A stretch of DNA of 62,839 nt, the filler included, from Choristocarpus tenellus KU-1152 (Eukaryota > Protista > Phaeophyceae), in assembly GCA_964200185.2 (NCBI GenBank). It is 7 parts of 7 records of this genome, joined end to end, with 100 filler letters (N's around TTAATTAATTAA, not from the genome) between each part and the next. Parts side by side here need not be neighbours in the genome. Positions count along the whole stretch, not along the records: positions 35,048 to 52,898 come from CAXNAD020000620.1; positions 52,999 to 59,512 come from CAXNAD020007968.1; positions 59,613 to 62,839 come from CAXNAD020021410.1; 4 more parts are not named here. One strand, written 5' to 3'. Within the stretch, counting starts at the first letter, position 1. Every line of letters begins with the position of its first letter. Below the pieces are notes generated by a model, which was not told the origin of the DNA, did no database searches, and saw only the letters and a program-made list of their open reading frames with translations. Made by a program: the position numbers and the translations under genes. Below are positions 48,501 through 61,299 of this stretch, piece by piece.

Positions 48501-51500
48501 GGCTTGGTCTTCTAATATATCATATGGAATTAAGTCATTATTAGTACTGGCCATTGTACAGAAGGGTAAAACTGACTGATTGTGGCCTCAGAGGAATTCT
48601 TCCAGGTTCAATCAGTTTTGGGATACTTTGTTGGTGAGAACAGTACTCCATATAGTGTGTTTAGGATCAAAAACGCTGGCATACTGCAATCCTCTATTCC
48701 TGAGATTCTTATGTAAAAAACAAACCTATGTTCATACCTATCCTGTGCAATGATATAGAGTATTTCAATGATGTATGGATAATGAGAAATTCTTACCCTT
48801 TGTGTCCTTCAGTAGCTATGGCATTAGAATGATCCTGTTTCCATTCTGCTTCATTATTCTTGTGATCATGAGACACTGGAGTCGCTGAAGCAGTGTCAAT
48901 CTCAGCCTCGGTCCACAATCCGAGAGATGATAAAAATGTCTTCACATTGACCATGTCATTGCCACAACCATAATTGATGGTGATGAACTGGAAGGCCAAC
49001 ATACCAGGATGATAGTGTAAATATGAGTATGATGAGTGAATGAAAGTAGCATGAGACTAACCGCACTAAAGAGAATAACAAGAATAAGTAGTGGAACTAC
49101 ACATATGATTTTATCATACATAATATTATTAGCATTAGCAATAACCCCATTGATGGGGTAGGAGACTTTCCATTCACCATTCTCCTGATACATATGCTGA
49201 GAATGTATTACTGCAAGTTCTTTTATCCTGTTTGAAGGCAAGCATAGCATCTCCAAGAGCCTAAGCCATCATGCTCAAGCTGAAACCAGAGTTGACTGAT
49301 GAACCATAATGATGTTCAAGTGGGACTCTAAAACCCTTCTCAATTACTCAAAATAAAAAATACTGCTAATGCATGGTGATATTGAGGGGCTGGGTGACTG
49401 GGTAGCTGGGTGGGGAAAAATGACATGAACACAATTCTATTGTCTCCGTGTCACATGAATGAGTAGTTGTGCCACAGGCCATAACCACCCCACTCTCAGA
49501 ATGTCTGCATCATTCTCGTGACGCATGTAATACCCATTATATTAATAGATATTTTGTATATATATACTTATTTCTATTTATTTGGATTAGTCAGAGAGGT
49601 CCTAGGCCCGTGGTTGGAAAATAGTAAGAAGAAAGCAATGGACACCATGAAAATAAGAGAAAAAAAGAGATGAGAAAGTATCCAGACTATCTCTGTGCCT
49701 GTCCATGAATACACGGGGATGGGCAGCATGGCTCTGTTCCTTCTCAGAACAACACTAGAACTTGACTACAGGCACGACCAAGCCTGTGAACAAAATCCCG
49801 AAGTAGGTGGTTTGAAGTACAAGTTGCACTAAAAAAAGAACGAGGAAGGCCTGCATGAAAAAAAAAAAATGAACGTAGATACGAAACATTATTTACAAAT
49901 TGAACTGGAGGAGGCGATCAATAATCAATTGGCAGGTAAGTGGAGATTAACTCGAGTGTGTGTGGTTTTTTTGGTGGGGTCAGTGCTGCAGCGTGTTACT
50001 AGTACTAAGGTGGTCATTCGACACATCTTTACATCTTCTTTTAAATGCGCTCGTTCTTCTTTCCGTTTTAATGCCATTTTCACAAGGAATATACTGTCAT
50101 AGATATATCGCCTCAAATGGGATCATATAGCTTCAATGAATCAGCAACTCTCTGCTAGTGCTATAGAGCACAATAGAAGGAATACAATATTGGAGAGCCT
50201 TTCTACTATCTGGAGGACAAACAAATGTGCTGATTTATCTCCATTTATAAAATCACAGCTGATATGTCGGCGGTATCTAAGGTTAAGGTATGGGTGCATT
50301 GAGCCTACACAGTCTTGTTTTAGGTAAGTTATACAAATATCACTTAATTTAAGGGATACAGATGTTATTGTTCTCTGCTGAACATTGATGAGAAGGGAAT
50401 CGTCATCAGGGAGTGCAAATTGAATGTTCTGGTTTGTCTTTGGTTGAAGTAGAGGTATCCATGTAGAGGTTTCAACCAGGTATGAGTGGATATTTGTTTG
50501 ATTTAGGACCCAGGTCAGGGAGGCAAATTTTATGTTTGGTAACATGAGCGGAATGCATTGAATTAATTTTGTTGATAAATTAAAAAATTTAGGTCATTCC
50601 TAATGAAAGAAGATGACATACTTGGACCAAATTGTGCATGTGAAAAAAATGAAATGCATCCCAAAGGTTCAATGACAGTCCTAAGAAAGCAAAAGGTGAC
50701 ATTTGCAAATACCAGGACCATTGTTATCAAATAGCTTCATTCTTATTTTGTTTGCCAGTGATACTGGCTAATGGGACATGAGACCTGCCGGGGTGGACAC
50801 CAATCAGACATGACTATTATACCACAGTTGCACAGTATTGGTCCATTGTTCAGCTAGAGCGCTAGTTTAATTATTTGCATCTATTTCATGCCTTTTGTTG
50901 ATTAGAACACATTGGTACTTGATAGGAATGAATGCATCTGGATAGCCAACTTAACCCATGATTAGGTTACAGTTTTCACTAATTTGCTGCTGTTTTTAAT
51001 CCTTATATCCACATCATGGATCAGGTTCACTCTGCTGCACTGTGAGTATTATCCTATGCGTGAATACTTGTATTTTGAAGCACTGAGGTATACATTCATG
51101 TATGATAAATGCAGGGTATTGGGTCAGGATATTAATGCTTGAACACTTGTGTGATAGTGACTACTAATGTAATAATGCAATTGATACTTTATCAAAAATA
51201 CATTCCAAAATGATATGTGGGTAAGATGTGCAGAATAGTGTGTCCCTCCCTAGGTTGTACCAGTGAGATCAGGCAAGTTTAACATCTTAGAGTAATGAAC
51301 AGAGGAGAGCTGTGGCATTGATTTCTGAGAGGAAATCTGCTCTGGTCTGACCCACATCCCCCTTACTGTATGCTGGATAAACTACTTAAACGTTTACCCT
51401 AAGTTTAGAAATTATAGTGAGGTGCAGTAAGATGCAGCCAATCCGATGTACAGGAAAACTCTGAAAAATCCTGGGATGAAGAGAGAGGAAGGGGCACTGG

Positions 51501-52460
51501 TCAAAGCCAAAGTCACACACTGAAGAACCGTTTTAGTGGAGATCCTTTGGGGATATGTTTGAAGTGCTTGTAGCAAGAATCTCAATCTCACCATTTTGTC
51601 CTCATTCGTGATGACCATTCCCAGATCTAAGCTGAGAACCTTGAACACTTCCCATTCCATCACCACTGTTTCCTGCTAAGTGTCACATCCGTTTGGAGAC
51701 CAAAATCCAATGTTGCGAATTTGATGTAATTTTGGCTATCTTGTTTGTTAGGAAGTGTCAAAATATCCATGTTCATGACACACCTTATCGTAACATATAC
51801 ACTTTATATACTCTGAAACATTTCAGAGTAGGTAAATGTCGTAAAAAACCCGTGGGAAGCCAAGTCCAAAATGGTCAAACATGGAAAAAATCGTACCCTC
51901 TAAGATACTTTCACTCATATTTGATCTTTGGGCATTATGAAAAAAGGGTGATGTGAGGCAAGGGCAAGTGAATTCATCTGCTACAATGGAATACGTACTT
52001 TTCCCCTTCCATATACTGTATTATGTGTCCAAAAGCTGGGAATCAGACACAGAAAGTGATGGCCACAGTACTACAGGTGATATTCAGGTTTGTCTGACCA
52101 AACATTTTCTCAGTGCATATCTCGCCAACTTGCCCTGCTCCAGGTATGTGCCCCTTTCACCAGTCTACGTGTTGCACCTCTACTTGGTGATTACCTCAGT
52201 CTGTCCCGAAGTAGAGAATGGCAAAAGGAAGTCTTTTAGTGTGTGCTTATCCACATTTTGTTTTGTCATGGCCTCCTGTACTCGCTCAAGAAGACTCTGA
52301 CTAGACAAAACAGGAGGATCTACCCTGCCATCTTTGATTTGATGACTGGTGCGGATTTTGTCTTCTCTTGGACTGCTAGTGGAATGCTGCCCGTGAAAAA
52401 GCCAAGGAACCAGGGACAGCAGACTGTGGGTCAGATTGTGCAATGACAAGTTCACTTCCT
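35294..52460 (-). CDS. Large multi-exon EF-hand repeat protein with an internal CEP290-C-terminus-like motif (partial)
   Basis: A phase-compatible run of exons 44052-43968, 43698-43609, 42779-42605, 40701-40606, 39664-39552, 39263-39083, 36424-36219, 35623-35500 and 35377-about 35294. Further exons lie at about 45070-44870, 45817-45623, 46410-46265, 46891-46768, 47317-47105, 47600-47490, 48385-47880, 48985-48797, 51670-51590 and 52460-52195; not every junction was resolved. EF-like loops: DTDGDGTLERDNF, DLNGEGKLGPREF, TDQEGRIDISEF. Motif ENNRLRMELDTFDLGFFEEVEDLKYCY. Confidence 0.75.
40230..40472. mobile_element. MITE family A, diverged copy
   Basis: GAGTGAAAGCATTTATGAGGGTAG...AATCCAATGTTG...GGAAGTCAAGCCCC...CTACCCTCTTACATGC, a reverse-oriented match to family A. 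Confidence 0.7.
40950..42400 (+). mobile_element. Possible decayed Helitron Rep relic in an intron
   Basis: Ordered remnants YWEKR..Q.FRGCP, WLWFGY, EYVVLLN..HTAYCLR and RLNCLPYWQLAWDA resemble Helitron Rep motifs (YW...R..G.P..F.T, W.W.R.E, H.C..YCLR, RLN....L..W.AN.D). Confidence 0.4.
51686..51916. mobile_element. MITE family A copy lacking one TIR
   Basis: Reverse complement of most of 1561-1790; ends TCGTACCCTCTAAGATACTTTCACTC. Confidence 0.82.
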
Positions 52461-52878
52461 GAAGTGATACTGGGAAGGTTTTATAAGAACACTTCAATAT
52501 ATAGGATTGCAAGGTACACCTGCCTAACACTGTGACATTTCTAGAGTAGTTGGTACTCACCACATAGTGTAAAAGAGGGTCACAATTCTAGAATGCAATT
52601 TTCTTCAGACAATTGTAGGTGTATGCGTCAAAATAGTTCGTAGTTGGATCAACCGAATATGAGACACTTCTGTAGACTCAACATGACTTGAGTGTCTTAG
52701 TTTCCCTATCTAGCATGCACACCAAGCGGATAACTCGATCCACCTGTTGGTACCAACTAGCCACGCAAACTCATTCCTGCAAAATAGTACACTGCAATTG
52801 CGAAAAAAAGACCATAGAGTATCCACGCTTTGATGGAGTGATGGTCCATCTCTGTTGGGCTAAATTATAAAATGTTGA

Positions 52879-52898
52879 GGCCCAAAGTATCTGGGGGG
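52879..52898. mobile_element. MITE family B terminus at contig end
   Basis: GGCCCAAAGTATCTGGGGGG directly before the linker. Confidence 0.7.
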
Positions 52899-52998
52899 NN
52901 NNNNNNNNNNNNNNNNNNNNNNNNNNNNNNNNNNNNNNNNNNTTAATTAATTAANNNNNNNNNNNNNNNNNNNNNNNNNNNNNNNNNNNNNNNNNNNN
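52899..52998. other. Artificial contig-joining linker
   Basis: N44-TTAATTAATTAA-N44. Confidence 0.97.
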
Positions 52999-53019
52999 GG
53001 GGGGGGGGGGGGGGGGGGG

Positions 53020-53054
<35 letters not shown>

Positions 53055-54504
53055 TAACAACCAGTGCTCCTTCTGTCAGAACATAAGGAGCAAAACGATC
53101 AAGGACGCTCATATTTTTCTAAATTCCAGTTTTGAGGGGAATAGACAGGACCGCCATAACAATATCTTCGGATAGCCTTCAAAATAGGTATGCTCGGGTG
53201 CTGGCTGGCCCTATATTCACGACATCTGCGTCAGAGAGAGCATACCTAACCCCTAAAGAGATCAAGTACATTTTTGGGGTGTAATTATCACATTGACCCA
53301 AACAACAACGGGGGGGAGGGCAAACAAAAAAGTTCTCAACTCCAGGGCTAGAGTTATGTTGGGAGGGTGTCAGTGTCGAGAAGTAGAGAAGAAAAATTGA
53401 AGGACGAACACCTTCGTACGTGGCATGAATTCTCCTCTCGGAGGCAGTGCAGCAACAGCAGCACTGACTGCGAGACATCTGTTACATCTGACAAGATAAC
53501 AAAAGCAGAGCTGGAGTCGTGGAAAATTCGCATACACTTTTTTTTTTTCATTTTGTTTGCCACTTGTCTCCTTGATAACACGTGTGAAAATGTCAGAGGG
53601 CGTACGATAAACAAAATTAAATAGACTGTACTATCAACAGGCTGTGGCAGGTGTCAACAGCTTGGTTCTCTTAAGTTTTGTGTGTGATACATTTGTACTG
53701 GCATTGAATTAAAGACAACAACTCTCGAGATGTTCGGAAGGAAAAGTTGGCAACTGGTCAATTCCTAAACTGCCTTAGAAAAATATATCCAATGTAGTGG
53801 AAATCTCATTTACAACCTCACAGACCTAGAGCCCCATTTTGTAGGACAGCTAAGGATCAAGAGGTCAAATGGCATGAACAGACGGTAGTAGTCCACTTTG
53901 TACGAATGGCACACAGAAATCCACCCACAGGTCTGGATCCACCATTTGCAACTCTGGTGGCAGTCCTTCATGAAACGTCCCTGTTAAATAGATTACCTCT
54001 CTAAGCACTCAGCATTGATATACTTTTTCTCAAGTTTAGGGATGGTTGACTGTTAATCCCAAGATTCTCTTTCAAGGTTGGGTTTTGTTGACCTTAGGCC
54101 AAAATTCGGAAAAGCGCCAAATGGACCATGCACAAACAGTTGGTCTTAGTGGTAATCCCCAAAAGAAAAAAATGAATCATCCCAACATCGAAAATACGTG
54201 CCCTATCGCCATCCTACGTAAACGCACTAGAGTGGTGCAATTGTTGCATGTTGACACGCCGTAGGTCGCACCGACGCTGCATGGAAAGGTGTTTATTGAC
54301 GCCAACATCTAATTTCAGAATAGAAAGTCTTATCATCTAGAATAACCCTGCCTCCTTCATCGTAGTATATTTGTCATCCCCCCTTCACCTACTTTCTGCC
54401 AAATAATTTGCCCGAATCATGCAAATTTCGGCATCAGAATTGCGACTCGCGCAAGAGTAAGGTATAGTGACTTATTTGTGTTCCAAAGGAAGGCGGTATT
54501 TCAC

Positions 54505-55074
54505 CATGGTGTTGGCAGGCAGGCATCCAGCTTTGAGCATAATGCTCTTCAGCTCCTTCCCTGTTGAGCGTGCCTGCTCCAGCCCCTTCTCAGTGAGTCC
54601 ATTTGCTGGATCCATTCCCGCCTCAATGCTTGACACTATCTTACCTTCACGGTTAGGAATGCTCTCCCCATCTACATGATGCAAAGAAAAGGGAGTTGGT
54701 AAACCCTCGGTGTGGGAATGAGGCAGTTGGAAATATGGGGTTCATAGTTGGTGCGATCACTGCAATACTGCATACATACTCAGTACTTTGTACTATTACA
54801 TACGGTAGATCCTACGACTACAGGTAGTGGAGGTGCTCAAATACACCATTGCAATTCATGTGCACGAGAGGGTAGTGTTTAATCCCCCCCAACAACGAGC
54901 CACAACAAAACATGAGCCAGACTCACGTCTAACAAGGTAGAGCGTGCAACTCTTGTCCCAAGATGGCGGTGCCACAAGTTCACCGCCTGCAATTCCATGT
55001 GCAGTTGAAGTTCCCACACATGCAACATAGGCCAGGAAGAAAAAAGTTCCCCACTTCCTGCGCTGCTGATCCAT
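54505..55074 (-). CDS. Histidine phosphatase / phosphoglycerate mutase-family protein with N-terminal signal-like segment, first two exons
   Basis: Exon 1 (55074-54927) and exon 2 (54671-54505) join C|AT to create LYLVRHGESIPN...D..NGLTEKGLEQA..TG..L, the RHG catalytic motif. Hydrophobic N-terminus FFFLAYVACVGTSTA. Downstream exons not found. Confidence 0.85.
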
Positions 55075-57540
55075 GACAACAACCAAGTAGCATAAAGCCC
55101 AAAATATCATCGCCCTCACAATACTACTATAAACAATTAGAACTTCTCAATGAACCACCACAGGTTCGTCCATGTAATTGAAATGTTTTTCACAGAAACT
55201 GTCACGTTCGATCTTGTTCAACTCAGACGGTTCTAGACAGGTCCTATTTTATTTTTTTGGTACTACTCCATACAATACTATACATGGTCTTATCTATTGA
55301 TGTAGGGCTAAGTACTACTCAGAGGTATATATAGGGACCAGTCCGCCACAAGATCTGGTTCGAATCTCTACTTTCCTCCATCTTAGCTGGACCTACCTGA
55401 CCAATTAAGATAGAATGGTCCCCGCCTGGTTGAACTATGTCAGGACCCCCACATCCCAAATACATGTGGAAAAATGTCAGGGGTCACGGGTTTATACAGA
55501 TCGAAAATATTGTACCTGTGATGGAGCACGGCCCCAACCTGGCTCCGTATGAACATTTGTTTTAAGGGGTTAGATCCACTGGGCTGTAATATACTACGTA
55601 CTCATCTTTGCGGGGGTAGGGTTTGGAATGATTATTATTATAGGTTCAATATCAGGTTCATAGGAAGTATAGAGGGATCAGGCTGGCTCCCGGGAACGGA
55701 AAATTTTACTGCGATTAATGAAAATTATTATTGTACATTCTAGTTCTAGAACCTTAGACCTCCAACAATACAACAATATTATGAAAAATTGTTAGTGGAT
55801 TGTGGTATAAACCGAAAGAGTTACCAGTTTAAAATTTGGCTTTGGTTCAGTTTTTGAGTCTGTTTTCGAATAACTCAATTAAAGCATCACGTAGCTCAAT
55901 GATCACCCCTGCCTGTCACATGGATCTGGCAGGCCCACTTGTCCCCAAGAAATATCGCTCTTCAGGCATCATTCATGCACCCTTTGCACACAGTCGTATG
56001 GCCCATGGTGGCCATAATGTTGACACATGGTTGGATTGATTGATCTCCAGTGTTCCCGTCACAATTTCATGAGGTACCTTTCATGTACCACCCCTCATAG
56101 CCTATAATAGGTACCTATCACTCACATAATCGAGGAGGATCTTTTGACGAACTAATGTAATTTAAGTCACAATGGTTCCAAATCACAATAGTTCTGTGGC
56201 TTCAGCTATGCACTACCAAATCTGACATTACTCCCAACAATTATAACGATCTGTTCTACAGAAGAATATAGTGAAGGTATTGCCGAGCTCAATGCAAAAC
56301 CTTGCCATCACCACTGAGGTCTACTGTAGTGCTGAAAGCAGAGACACAAACAACTGTGTGGATAGCAAGCAGTATGCAAGTTACTTCATGTACTATGATA
56401 ATGCTTAATCCCAACAAAGGGATTGATTTGAGTGTATGGGTCAAGATAGATGATCTTGCTTTCTTTCATATGTGTAATATGCTTCAACTTGATCTTTTGA
56501 GGGGCCATGCAGCTTCTGGATCAAATCAAACCATCTGATCATGATTTCCCAGGGAGATATATTGAGGGCAGGCATTGTCTAGGAAATGAACACGATGGAG
56601 GGTCCCCATCGCGAATTAGAGGTAAGTTCCACTGGGAATATTTGCAGGTAGACTCTTCAGTTACGAATAAGGTTGGTATGAAACATGCATTAAAGGAAGA
56701 ACACCCAACCAAGCACTACGTCATAGATGCAAAAAACAGCAAGTTTGGTTTGATTGCAACCTCGTACATACCCTAACGGTATACCTCAGTCAGTCAATCA
56801 ACATTCTGTGTCACAGGTCTCACTTATGAAACATCATGGGTTGGTCTCCTACAGAAAATGAGGATTTATATGCTCCCAAGAACATACATGCCAAGGATCA
56901 ATCCAAAGAGAATAGTAAGGGTTCGCAATTTTCTCTTCCAAGATTCTCACTATTGCCCACAATGGCAAAACTACTATTTTCAGACCAGCTGGCAGTGTTG
57001 CAGTCACAAGCGCTGCTCAGAAAATATGAATCACGGCAGTAATGATAGACAGCGCATGAAGGGAAAGAACTGTAGAAGGGGTGAGGGGAGTACTCCCCAC
57101 CATCCTTATGTCAAGTGCCGAAACCACTACTTGAGCATCTCTTCATGCAAAATGGAACAGATGTTACTTGCTGGGAGCCATTCACGCAGAGACTTCACCA
57201 GGGCCTTCACTGCAACTCGCTCCGCAAATATCTTTGGGGCACAGTAACGCAGGGTGGTGGACACGGACATGCAGAAACAGGGTCAAGAGTGCAGCTGGGA
57301 CCAATATGACAATGAGAGTGCTACAAGTATATACAAATGAACTGAGAAGGGAAAATACTTGTTGAAAGGATAAAAGAGGTAAGACACGGAGTTACATGTG
57401 GGAGACATGTGCTTGATTTTTTGTGCGCTGGTGAGATGAGAGCGCTATTGTTCAGAGCCCTAGTGTGAGGCCAAGTGTGTCCTTCGGTGATTCATGGCAA
57501 AAGGAACACTCTGCGACGTAAAAATGCTGATCTATATTCC

Positions 57541-59224
57541 TTACTTGACATGAACTACCGCCATTGCAGACTCCACCTGTGAAGGCATTGTATCACAGGG
57601 TAATGATGTACATGCCCTACACACTGTCATCGCTGATGTGGCTGACCTTCATGACCTATCCTACTGCGTTTACAAATCCCCCCCCAGCTGTACTTAAAAA
57701 GGATAGAGGGGGAAAGCATGTGACCACAGAAAGTAGACAAACGCAATCAACTAGAAAAAAGAAGCGAAGTACTCGAAGTTCATAAGATGACATTTGACTG
57801 TACCTCACGAGAATCTATGGTACCTACGCAAATGTGTTACACAGTCCATGCAGCTGACCCCAAAAAAACAGGTTAACAACCTCCACTCTGTCAAGAGCTA
57901 AAGCAAGAATGGAAAGGCTAGGGCAGGGGCAAAGGCAAGGGCAAAGGTTAGGGCTCAGACTAATCATGATGTCCTCAGCAATGTAGAAAATAAGACATCA
58001 ACCTTTGTTCTCACAGTACCTTGCGGATTTCCTGTCCCCGCGAAATGCGTCTAACGATCAGTGTGGAACTTCTACCTTCCTCCTCTCGTGCCCCTGCCAC
58101 ATCTGCAACGGTGAGCTGTAGTCCTCCATCTTCAGAGGACCTCTCCAAAGTGGGCTTTCTGTTGAGTTGGCAAGGTAATATCATATTCTCGATTCAAAAC
58201 AAGATTGACGTGCCAGCAAGATGATGTGGCTCAAAGTATCTGGGGGGGGGGGGGTCTACATCAGGGTGTCCATTCGGGCCTTGGCCAGGAGAAGTGCACT
58301 TACATTATCTGTTCGATGCATGCAACCAAAACCACCCAAAAATCGCGACATCGAAAAATAGGCCCCGAATGGACAGCCGTCACACACACCCCAAATACTT
58401 TGACCCATGTGCACATGATATTCGTTCAAAGAGATTAATCGACCTGTAAGGCACACTTTTCTCCTCAAGTATTTTTTGAGCAATCGCCCATAGATCTGTC
58501 TCCTTACCACAACACTGTTACAGGTCGCTCGTGACCGTAAAGATGTGAGATTTCTTATTATTGCAATCGTATTATACAACACCAAGGCAGGACCTCAACT
58601 AGATCGTCTATCACTCACTTTCTAAATATAACGTCCACTCCTTCTTCAGTCTCGTTGAGAGAGAATGGCTGAACAGGCAGCGCTGCTCCAAACGGATACC
58701 TAGTAGGTTCGTGTGTGTTGAGATGAGGGAGCCGTGTCCACCTTCTGCTACAAGTGTGATTTCATGTGCATTGCAACCTTCGTATAGAGTACGTACAGCA
58801 GTGGTGCCTATCCCACCCATTCGTTCGCGACAGGGATCAATCTACGGGGCGAAGTAGGCTAATCACCTCACTCTACATAAGCCAAAAGACATAACTCCGC
58901 TTACCGCTCACCGCTCACCGCTCACCGCCTTATCCAAAGCCGTAGTGGCTCCGTCTGGACTCCTTTGAAATCTACCCTTAATAGGAAATCGTTGTTCTTC
59001 GCACTATCGCAGCTTGCGTCACCATCAACAGACATTCCAATGGCAACGTCCGGTTTACATTGTCTTCGTCTACACTTCAAGTCGGTCATAAGGTTAGCTC
59101 TCTCATGAAGGGTACAAACCCAGCCCGACTCTCGGGTCACCAGCGCATCTGGAGCTGCAGTGCGGAATGGTAAAAGCTGGAGAGAGCATGACGAGAAACC
59201 CAGTAATGCACACAAGAGATGCAT
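57541..59224 (-). CDS. Unknown protein with signal-peptide-like N-terminus (possibly plastid-targeted), 3 predicted exons
   Basis: Exons 59224-58926, 58158-58020 and 57576-57541 have canonical phase-compatible GT-AG junctions; starts MHLLCALLGFSSCS-LQLLPF. The last exon may instead splice onward. Confidence 0.5.
58228..58406. mobile_element. MITE family B, full copy with 4-bp TSD (ATGT)
   Basis: GGCTCAAAGTATCTGGGG ... CCCCAAATACTTTGACCC flanked by ATGT on both sides. Confidence 0.88.
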
Positions 59225-59422
59225 TGTCTTACTCGTACCTCATGAACCGTTGTTAGTTCTTGTTTGTTGTTGTTGTTGCAGTTGTTAGTGTTAGTGTTAT
59301 TCATGAAACATTTGGTATACAATACCTACCCCGATTTTGTTCACGCATGGGCATGCCCGAAAAAAGCAGCACAGAATTTATATGGTACAATATCGGTTTT
59401 GTAGTAATTAGGGTTAGGGCTA

Positions 59423-59512
59423 ACTGGGAATCAATCGTGGAAGCAACTGATTAATCGTGGTGAGCTGGGAAATCAATCGTCGAAGCAATTGATTAATCGT
59501 GGTGAGCTGGGA
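59423..59512. repeat. Tandem repeat of about 42 bp at contig end
   Basis: CTGGGA(A)ATCAATCGT.GAAGCAA.TGATTAATCGTGGTGAG twice plus a partial copy. Confidence 0.8.
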
Positions 59513-59612
59513 NNNNNNNNNNNNNNNNNNNNNNNNNNNNNNNNNNNNNNNNNNNNTTAATTAATTAANNNNNNNNNNNNNNNNNNNNNNNNNNNNNNNN
59601 NNNNNNNNNNNN
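59513..59612. other. Artificial contig-joining linker
   Basis: N44-TTAATTAATTAA-N44. Confidence 0.97.
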
Positions 59613-59645
59613 GAGTAGATGTGTGTTGTAGTGTCCAACCAACAT

Positions 59646-59680
59646 CCCCCCCCCCCCCCCCCCCACAGATACTTTGGGTC
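59646..59680. mobile_element. MITE family B terminal remnant
   Basis: Poly-C followed by CAGATACTTTGGGTC. Confidence 0.55.
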
Positions 59681-61299
59681 TTAGAACTTCATCCATACAG
59701 CTATGGGTGAATTTGCAAATGATACATTTTATTAGAGGCTAAAAATGTAAAACGACCAAAACCTACTACCTCAGGTTGACTTTCGCTCAGTCCTTGGCAA
59801 CAAATGTACCAAGAACCTACCCACGTCGACAACAAGCGCGACATGAGAGCCAAACCAATTGAGAGTAGACAGGTTTGGACCCTTTTGCATTTCGAGCCAT
59901 CCTTCTTACCCTGTGCAATACACTCGTTTTCATTGCTTTATGTGCACAATGGTGTACGCAAAATCGATATTCCTCTTTCCACACACAAAGTGACACTATT
60001 CAGCAAAGGTACTATTTTTATTGGTATAAACTTGCATATTCTTTCGTTTTTTCGATCATCCTTTAAATGCCACCCTGCATACATCTTAGTAGTTGGTTTC
60101 TATCAGGAACAAGAAAACATGCTAGAACTGAATCAATTCGTGCAATAGTTGCCATAAACCACTGCAGTTGTAGATTTCTATGCGAGAAGAACTCTAGAGC
60201 CAAGATAAACATAGCAACTATTGCTGTCTACACTATACAAACAGCACTCTCTTCTTCACATATATTACTTCAGGGGTATATCTGCCACTTTGTCACACAA
60301 CTAGCCAATACTATCCTTGCATATCCTCTCTCTTTTTGGCACCAACTCCCCTTAGAACAAATGATGTACTGGCAACCATTTCCTCTTATGATACCATACA
60401 CTCTGCAATACTCCTGTTAACACATGCACCACTTCAGGGCCATGTGCCACTCTGATTTATCATCATGCCATCACTGTTAGAATGCACGTCCTATCTTCCC
60501 CTTCACTCACTGTCCATACCCAAGCAAAAACCTCACATTGACTAAGGTCTACTTTGATGTAATGTATATATCACCACACATGCACCACTTTGGGGGCACG
60601 TGTGCTACTCTGCTGTATCACCAAACAATAATGGTACACACAATCCTCTCTCGCCCCATCCCCCTTATGCCCCTTCCACAACAAGGTTTCACTTACCAAA
60701 CTCTGCTATAATTGCATATAATGGCCTGTTCCTCGCCCTTCTTGCGACTCTCTGTCCTAGTTGTCGGTTTCCATTCATTCTAAGAAACGCTTGCTCTACT
60801 TTTTCTAGCAGTGGTTTATCTGATCCAGTTGTGTATGGGGTACGCTTAGAGCAGAGTGAATTCGAAGTCTAAACGGGGGCGATACCCCTAGCAAAGGAAC
60901 CTATACAACAAAATATCAGTGTGTTATTTCTTTTGTGAGGAAAAATAAAAGGACAATTATTTACTTCTGAGTCAACTCATGTTTGCCACATACTGAGTTG
61001 GTATGTCGAAGAATACATACCAATTCCACGTATCAAGTAACTACAATTACGCATATACTGCAACGGTAAGTTGTAATCACATACCACACAGAGCAATATA
61101 CAGGCAGTATATATCGTACATACACACTAAGCAACCTTTACCAGTGGACGAATCAACAGTCAACACTAATTGATGGTATTGGACTGTATCTATGGACTAT
61201 GGAGAAAGTAGCCTATTTTTAACATAAACTTGCTCTACTGTATGACCACATTCAAAGCTCTCCTGTAGGTCCAGTTCGCCTTTGAATTCATGAGGTTTC

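Noticed and set aside
52999-53053. Long poly-G tract as a functional G-quadruplex locus
   Set aside because: It sits at a contig edge where homopolymer length is unreliable; likely a sequencing or assembly effect or part of a repeat.
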